From Candidatus Multivoradales bacterium (lineage in GTDB: Bacteria > Acidobacteriota > Thermoanaerobaculia > Multivoradales > JAHEKO01): DNA of 64,000 bases. The notes below the pieces were generated by a model. That model had not been told where the DNA came from and searched no databases. It worked only from the letters and a program-made list of their open reading frames with translations. Where the stretch lies: positions 128,001-192,000 of the forward strand of contig CBDCXM010000008.1 of assembly GCA_965223855.1 (NCBI GenBank), given 5' to 3'. The translations under genes and the position numbers were made by a program. Below are positions 58,737 to 64,000 of the stretch, piece after piece (the first letter of the stretch is position 1; each line of letters starts with the position of its first letter).

Positions 58737-59935
58737 TGCGCATCCGGCAGACGCTGCGCTTCGCCCTCGGAGCGCTGACGGGGCACGGGCTCAGGACCGC
58801 GCTCAGTCTGCTGGGGGTGATGATCGGAGTCGCCGCGGTGATCGTGCTCACCGCCCTGACCGACGGCGCGCGGACCTACGTCGTCCAGCAGTTCTCGAGC
58901 CTCGGTACCAACCTGGTGATCGTCATGCCGGGCCGCACCGAGACGACCGGGGTGCCGGGGATCACCGCCATCCCCAACGACCTGACGGTCGCCGACGCCG
59001 AGGCGGTCGCGCAGCAGGTGCGGGCCGTGAAGCGCGCCGCGCCGGTCTCGATGGGCACCGAAGAGGTGGCTTACCGCGAGCGCCGTCGTCAGGTCGCGCT
59101 GATCGGCACCACCAACGACTACCTCCACGTGCGCCAGGTCGAGATGGCGCGGGGCGAGTTCCTCCCCCCCGGCGACGCCGAGCGCGGCGCGCCGGTCTGC
59201 GTGCTCGGCCACACGCTGGCGCGCGAACTGTTCCCGGCCGAGAACCCGCTCGGGCGTGTCGTCCGCGTCGGCGGCTGGCGGATGCGGGTGATCGGCGTCC
59301 TCGCCCACCAGGGAACCAAGCTCGGCATCAACATGGACGAGACGATCTACGTACCGGTCGCCACCGGCATGCAGATGCTCAACCGGTCGTCGCTCTTCCG
59401 CATCCTGATCGAGGCGCACGCCTACGCCGACCTCGAGGTCGCCCGCGACGGCGTGCTTGGGTTGCTGATCGAGCGCCATGGAGAGGAGGACGTCACCGTC
59501 CTGACCCAGGACGCCGTCGTTTCCACCTTCTCGGCGATCCTCAACACCCTCACCCTCGTGCTAGCGGCGATCGCCGCCATCTCGCTGTCGGTCGCCGGCA
59601 TCGGCATCATGAACGTCATGCTGGTGTCGGTCTCCGAGCGGACCAAGGAGATAGGGCTCCTGCGCGCACTCGGCGTCGGGACCTCGCAAGTGATGGCGGT
59701 CTTCCTCGCCGAGGCCGCGCTGCTCTCGGCGGCGGGTGCTCTCCTGGGGCTCGGGCTCGGATTCCTGCTCGTGCGGGTGATGGTCGGCATCTTCCCGGCG
59801 CTGCCGGCGGCACCGCCGCCGTGGGCGGTCGGGCTCTCGTTCGGCGTCGCGGTCGGAGTCGGCGTCCTCTTCGGGCTGCTACCCGCCAAGCGGGCGACGA
59901 AGCTCGACCCGGTCGCCGCACTGGCGGGGAGATAG
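58736..59935 (+). CDS. MacB/FtsX-type ABC permease
   Basis: LSLLGVMIGV, GIGIMNVMLVSVSERTKEIG and KLDPVAAL. Confidence 0.93.
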   Translation: MRIRQTLRFALGALTGHGLRTALSLLGVMIGVAAVIVLTALTDGARTYVVQQFSSLGTNLVIVMPGRTETTGVPGITAIPNDLTVADAEAVAQQVRAVKRAAPVSMGTEEVAYRERRRQVALIGTTNDYLHVRQVEMARGEFLPPGDAERGAPVCVLGHTLARELFPAENPLGRVVRVGGWRMRVIGVLAHQGTKLGINMDETIYVPVATGMQMLNRSSLFRILIEAHAYADLEVARDGVLGLLIERHGEEDVTVLTQDAVVSTFSAILNTLTLVLAAIAAISLSVAGIGIMNVMLVSVSERTKEIGLLRALGVGTSQVMAVFLAEAALLSAAGALLGLGLGFLLVRVMVGIFPALPAAPPPWAVGLSFGVAVGVGVLFGLLPAKRATKLDPVAALAGR

Positions 59936-59938
59936 GGC

Positions 59939-61135
59939 ATGTGGGAGCTGCTGAAGCTGTCGGTGCGATCGGTGGCGAGCCACCGGCTGCGCTCCGCCTT
60001 GTCGATGCTGGGCATCGCCATCGGCATCGCCTCCGTGATCCTCCTGACGTCCATCGGCGAGGGGACGCGGCGCTACCTGATGTCCCAGTTCACCCAGTTC
60101 GGCACCAACATCATCGTCGTCACCCCGGGCAAGGCCGAGACCGTCGGCGTGCCGGGGGCGCTCGGCGGCGCGACCCGCAAGCTGACGATCGACGACGCCG
60201 AGGCGCTGCGCCGGCTGCCGGGGATCGAGGACCTGATGCCGCTCGTCTACGGCACCGGCCGGGTCGAGGCCGAGGGGCGAGGGCGGAGCGTCCTCATCTA
60301 CGGCGCCACCCCCAACCTGCCCGACATCTTCAAGTGGAACGTCCGCACCGGGTCGTACTGGGCCGAGACCGATCCGCGACGGGCCGGGTCGCTCGCGGTG
60401 ATCGGCGCCAAGGTCAAGCGGGAGCTCTTCGACGGCGCCAACCCGCTGGGGGCGTTCATCAAGATCGGCGGCTCGCGCTACCGGATCTCCGGGGTGATGG
60501 AGCCCAAGGGTCAGTTTCTCGGCATCGACCTCGACGACGCCGTCTTCATCCCGCTCGCCTCGGCGATGAAGGTCTTCAACATCGACGAGCTCAACGAGAT
60601 CGACCTGATCTTCAACCAGGCCGGTCAGGCCAAGGTGATCGAAGAGCGCATCCGGGTGGCGATGATCGAACGCCACGGCGGCCGCGAAGACTTCACCGTC
60701 ACCTCGCAGACCGAGATGCTCAAGGTGTTCGGCAACATCATGGACATCATCACCGGCGCCGTCGGCGCCATCGCCGGTGTTTCGCTGGTCGTCGGCGCCA
60801 TCGGCATCCTCACCATGATGTGGATCGCCGTCGGCGAGCGCACCCAGGAGATCGGCCTCCAGCGCGCCATCGGTGCCACCCGCCGCCAGGTGCAGTGGGT
60901 CTTCCTGAGCGAAGCCGCCGCCCTCGCCCTCCTCGGCGGCCTCCTCGGCATCGGCGCCGGCCTCGGCATCTGCGCCGCCCTCAGAACCGCCATCCCCGGC
61001 CTTCCCGTCCACACGCCGATGGTGTTCCTCGTCGCCGCCGTAGCGGTGAGCCTCGTAACCGGAGTGGTTTCGGGAGTGCTTCCCGCGAGACGCGCTGCCG
61101 CTCTCGATCCCGTCGAGGCGCTGCGAGCCGAGTGA
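59939..61135 (+). CDS. MacB/FtsX-type ABC permease (second)
   Basis: LSMLGIAIG, ERTQEIG and ALDPVEALRAE. Confidence 0.93.
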   Translation: MWELLKLSVRSVASHRLRSALSMLGIAIGIASVILLTSIGEGTRRYLMSQFTQFGTNIIVVTPGKAETVGVPGALGGATRKLTIDDAEALRRLPGIEDLMPLVYGTGRVEAEGRGRSVLIYGATPNLPDIFKWNVRTGSYWAETDPRRAGSLAVIGAKVKRELFDGANPLGAFIKIGGSRYRISGVMEPKGQFLGIDLDDAVFIPLASAMKVFNIDELNEIDLIFNQAGQAKVIEERIRVAMIERHGGREDFTVTSQTEMLKVFGNIMDIITGAVGAIAGVSLVVGAIGILTMMWIAVGERTQEIGLQRAIGATRRQVQWVFLSEAAALALLGGLLGIGAGLGICAALRTAIPGLPVHTPMVFLVAAVAVSLVTGVVSGVLPARRAAALDPVEALRAE

Positions 61136-61181
61136 TCCGGCGCGACTCCGGCTCGAGCGGCACCAAGCCACTCCGACGGTA

Positions 61182-61364
61182 GGCCCGCGGTCGGTCCGGC
61201 AAGTGGAGGTCCACGGGCAGCTCAGCGCCAGGGCGACAAGCAGGAGATCGCAAACCGAAGCAGGTGAGGCCCGCAGGCGCTGCGCAGGGAGCCGTCCCCC
61301 ACAACAGTCCGAGACACGGCTCCAGGTGCCCGGGGACCTCCACTTGCCGGGCCGACCGCGGGCC
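61182..61364. repeat. 183-bp inverted-repeat / structured element (MITE-like)
   Basis: 38-bp terminal inverted repeats with 2 differences, plus internal stems CAGCGCC/GGCGCTG and GGAGCCGT/ACGGCTCC. Confidence 0.75.
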
Positions 61365-61426
61365 GGGTCGAAGGCACGCTGTAACAGCGTACCTACCCGA
61401 GACGCCCGTCCAGGCAGGAGGCTCCC

Positions 61427-63361
61427 ATGCGCAAATCTCTCCCCACCGCCCTCACCCTGCTCGCCCTGCTCGCCACGAGCGCCGCAGCCCAGAGCGACAA
61501 GATCGCCCCCGAGCTCCTGACCGCGATGACCGCGCAGCCCATCTCCCCCGGCGCGCCGCCGGTCCAGCAACGCATCATGGTCACCCTCAAAAAGCCGGTG
61601 GCGATGGACACGATGAGCTACCGGACCAGCGCCGGGATGGCGCTGATCCAGTCCGAGGTCGACAAGATGCAGGAGAGCGTGCTGTCGAGCCGCCTCGAGG
61701 GGAGCTATCGCACCCTCTACCGCTACAAGAGCCTGTTCGGCTTCTCCGCCATCGCCGACCCGGCGGCGATCGAGCAGATCGCCTCCCTGCCCGAAGTCGA
61801 GCGCGTCGAGGTGCTGCCGCTCTACTTCAAGCAGTCGAACGAGTCTCACCCCCTGACCGCGCTCGACACCGTGCACGCCATGGGCTTCACCGGGGCGGGC
61901 GTCACCATCGCGGTGATCGACGACGGCATCGATCACGATCACGCCGCCTTCGGCGGCCACGCCGCGTTCCCCAACGCCAAGATCGTCGGCGGCAGCGATT
62001 TTGCCGACAACGACGGCGACCCGACCATCGACTGCACCGAGCAGAGCCACGGCACCGCCGTCGCCGGTGTGGCGGCGGGCAACGGCGGCGGGATCACCGG
62101 CACCGCGCCGGACGCCTCGATCGTCATGCTGAAGGTGCAAAGCGCCATGCTGTGCGGCCAGCCGGCGCTCGACGGCGACCTGGTGGCGGCGATCGACTGG
62201 GCGGTCACCCATCGCGACGACTTCGACATCCGGGTGCTCTCCATGAGCCTCGGCTTCGGCGAGTTCGCCACACCCGGAGACTGTGCGGCCTCGAGCTTCG
62301 CCCTGCGCGACGCCGTGCGCGCTGCCGCCGACGCCGGCCTCGTGGTGCTTGCCGCTTCGGGCAACGCCGGCCTGTGCAACGCCATGGCGCGTCCCGCGTG
62401 TCTCGACGACGCGATCAGTGTCGGCGCGACCTACGACGACACCCTCACCCAGCGCGGCTTCTGTGTCAGTCCCAACTCCTGCATCGGCGTCACCGGCACG
62501 AGCTGCGATCAGCGCGGTCAGCGGGCCTGCTTCGACACCGCCCCGGGAGCGGACGCCGTCACCTGCTACTCCAACAGCGCCGACTTCCTCGACATCCTCG
62601 CGCCGTCCGACTGTGCGACCACCGCCGCGGCCGGCGGCGGCACCAACGCCTGCTTCAACGGCACCTCCTCGGCGACGCCGTTCGCCGCCGGTGTCGTCGC
62701 CGCCCTGATCGAAGCCGACCCGACGATCGACAACGAGCGCGCCCGGGCGCTCCTGGCCGATCATGGCGTCGACGTCCTCGACGTCAAGAGCAACCGCACC
62801 ACCCCGCGGCTCGAGGCAGGGGCGTCTCTGGCGGCACTCAACGTCGGCTGCACGCCGGGGCTCGACGAAGACTTCGAGAACGGTCTCGGCGACTGGGTGG
62901 CCGACGGTCTGTGGCATCTCGTCGCCGGGTCTTCGTGCCTGCCGGCGCCGCCCTCACCGACCTCCGCCGCCTACTACGGCCGTGACGGCGACTGCGACTA
63001 CGACACCGGCAACAACGCCGGCACGCTGACGTCGCCCGAGATCACCGGTCTCGACGCCGGCTCCGAACTCACCTTCTCGCACCTGCGCCAGGTCGAGAGC
63101 TTCGGCGGCGGCTCCTTCGATCGCACCCGGGTCGAAGTCGTCACCGCGGGCGGCGCGACCGAGATCTTCGCGCTCGACTCCGGCGATCCGTCGGCGGGAG
63201 CGTGGGTCTCGAGCCCGACCCTGTCGCTCGGAGCTTTCGCCGGCGAGACGATCCGGCTGCGCTTCTCGTTCGACACCATGGACGACGTCGCCAACGACTT
63301 CACCGGCTGGGCGATCGACGACGTGCGAGTCACCGGCAGCGGGATGTGCGCTTCTCCCTAG
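61427..63361 (+). CDS. Secreted S8 subtilisin-like serine protease with a C-terminal MAM/cleaved-adhesin-like domain
   Basis: AVIDDG, HGTAVAG, ASGN and NGTSSATP; C-terminal EDFENG...GWAIDDV. Confidence 0.93.
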   Translation: MRKSLPTALTLLALLATSAAAQSDKIAPELLTAMTAQPISPGAPPVQQRIMVTLKKPVAMDTMSYRTSAGMALIQSEVDKMQESVLSSRLEGSYRTLYRYKSLFGFSAIADPAAIEQIASLPEVERVEVLPLYFKQSNESHPLTALDTVHAMGFTGAGVTIAVIDDGIDHDHAAFGGHAAFPNAKIVGGSDFADNDGDPTIDCTEQSHGTAVAGVAAGNGGGITGTAPDASIVMLKVQSAMLCGQPALDGDLVAAIDWAVTHRDDFDIRVLSMSLGFGEFATPGDCAASSFALRDAVRAAADAGLVVLAASGNAGLCNAMARPACLDDAISVGATYDDTLTQRGFCVSPNSCIGVTGTSCDQRGQRACFDTAPGADAVTCYSNSADFLDILAPSDCATTAAAGGGTNACFNGTSSATPFAAGVVAALIEADPTIDNERARALLADHGVDVLDVKSNRTTPRLEAGASLAALNVGCTPGLDEDFENGLGDWVADGLWHLVAGSSCLPAPPSPTSAAYYGRDGDCDYDTGNNAGTLTSPEITGLDAGSELTFSHLRQVESFGGGSFDRTRVEVVTAGGATEIFALDSGDPSAGAWVSSPTLSLGAFAGETIRLRFSFDTMDDVANDFTGWAIDDVRVTGSGMCASP

Positions 63362-63386
63362 CTTCCCTCTATGGAGCAGCAGCCCT

Positions 63387-64000
63387 TCAGCCGGCCTCGC
63401 GAAACTTCTCGTGCAAGTCGACCGGCTTGCTGCGCCGGCGCCAGCGCATGTTGAGCATCTCGACGAACACCGAGAAGCCCATCGCGAAGTAGATGTACCC
63501 CTTGGGGATGTGATGCCCCAGCCCGTCGGCCACCAGCGCGGTGCCGATGAGGATGAGGAACGCGAGCGCCAGGATCTTGACCGTCGGGTGACGCTCGACG
63601 AACTCGCCGATCGGCTTCGCGAAGACGAGCATGAAGCCGACCGCAATGACAACCGCGATCACCATGATCGCGAGCTCGTCGACCATGCCGACGGCGGTGA
63701 TCACCGAGTCGAGCGAGAAGACGATGTCGAGGATCATGATCTGGGTGATCACGGCGGCAAACGAGGCGCTCACCTTGCCCGACATCTCGTGCTCGTCCCC
63801 CTCGAGCTTGGAGTGGATCTCGTGCGTGCTCTTGGCCAGGAGGAACAGACCGCCGACGATCAGGATCAGGTCGCGGCCGGAGACGTCGTGGCCCAGAACC
63901 GCAAAGAGCGGCTCGGTAAGCCCGATCACCCAGGCGAGCGAGAACAGCAGCAGGATGCGGGTGCCCATCGCGCCCAGCAGGCCGAGGGTGCGTGCCCGTC
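63387..64000 (-). CDS. TerC family membrane protein (5' part lies outside the window)
   Basis: GRDLILIVGGLFLLAKST.EIH, DIVFSLDSVITAVGM and KGYIYFAM. Confidence 0.93.
   Translation of the reverse strand, partial: RARTLGLLGAMGTRILLLFSLAWVIGLTEPLFAVLGHDVSGRDLILIVGGLFLLAKSTHEIHSKLEGDEHEMSGKVSASFAAVITQIMILDIVFSLDSVITAVGMVDELAIMVIAVVIAVGFMLVFAKPIGEFVERHPTVKILALAFLILIGTALVADGLGHHIPKGYIYFAMGFSVFVEMLNMRWRRRSKPVDLHEKFREAG

Noticed and set aside
3103-62917. Many long overlapping ORFs (e.g. 3103-5661, 19088-21208, 36584-38656, 58720-61182, 59879-62917)
   Set aside because: These are stop-poor shadow or alternate frames typical of high-GC DNA. They are Arg/Pro/Ala-rich, carry no motifs, and overlap well-supported genes.
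1-64000. Selenoprotein (in-frame UGA + SECIS) in the window
   Set aside because: No recognised gene has an internal UGA at a Cys-equivalent position. The only internal UGA found is the prfB frameshift site. The search was by eye and not exhaustive.

Overview
This is a very GC-rich bacterial chromosomal window. Its gene style suggests Acidobacteriota (Thermoanaerobaculia-like); that assignment is inference, based on a secreted protein ending in IFADGFESGDTSSWS, PQQ-propeller proteins and a wHTH-TPR regulator. It holds about 45 mostly housekeeping, envelope and secreted-protein genes. These include tldD (partial), an MbnH-like di-heme enzyme, an NCS2 permease, a SWIM-SNF2 helicase, tRNA-Sec (selC), selA, a TonB-dependent receptor, glutaminase, Lrp with Met gamma-lyase, frameshifted prfB, lnt, NfeD/SPFH, a CBS/CysK enzyme, penicillin acylase, a MacAB-type exporter, an S8 protease and TerC (partial). 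The most notable non-routine signals are: (1) an atypical ~3 kb islet with a convergent, overlapping AbiEii/AbiEi-like pair next to three GGTATA(T/C)ATACC palindromes, two of them inside large hairpins; (2) three copies of a ~190-bp ERIC/RPE-like long-hairpin element with G-U-biased and compensatory changes, each between convergent genes; (3) two paralogous secreted beta-propeller + esterase-fold proteins that both lack the catalytic Ser and His; (4) a second multibranch inverted-repeat element at 61.2 kb; (5) a near-copy of the tRNA-Sec 3' end just upstream of the tRNA. All family calls are from motif recognition by eye; no database searches were run.
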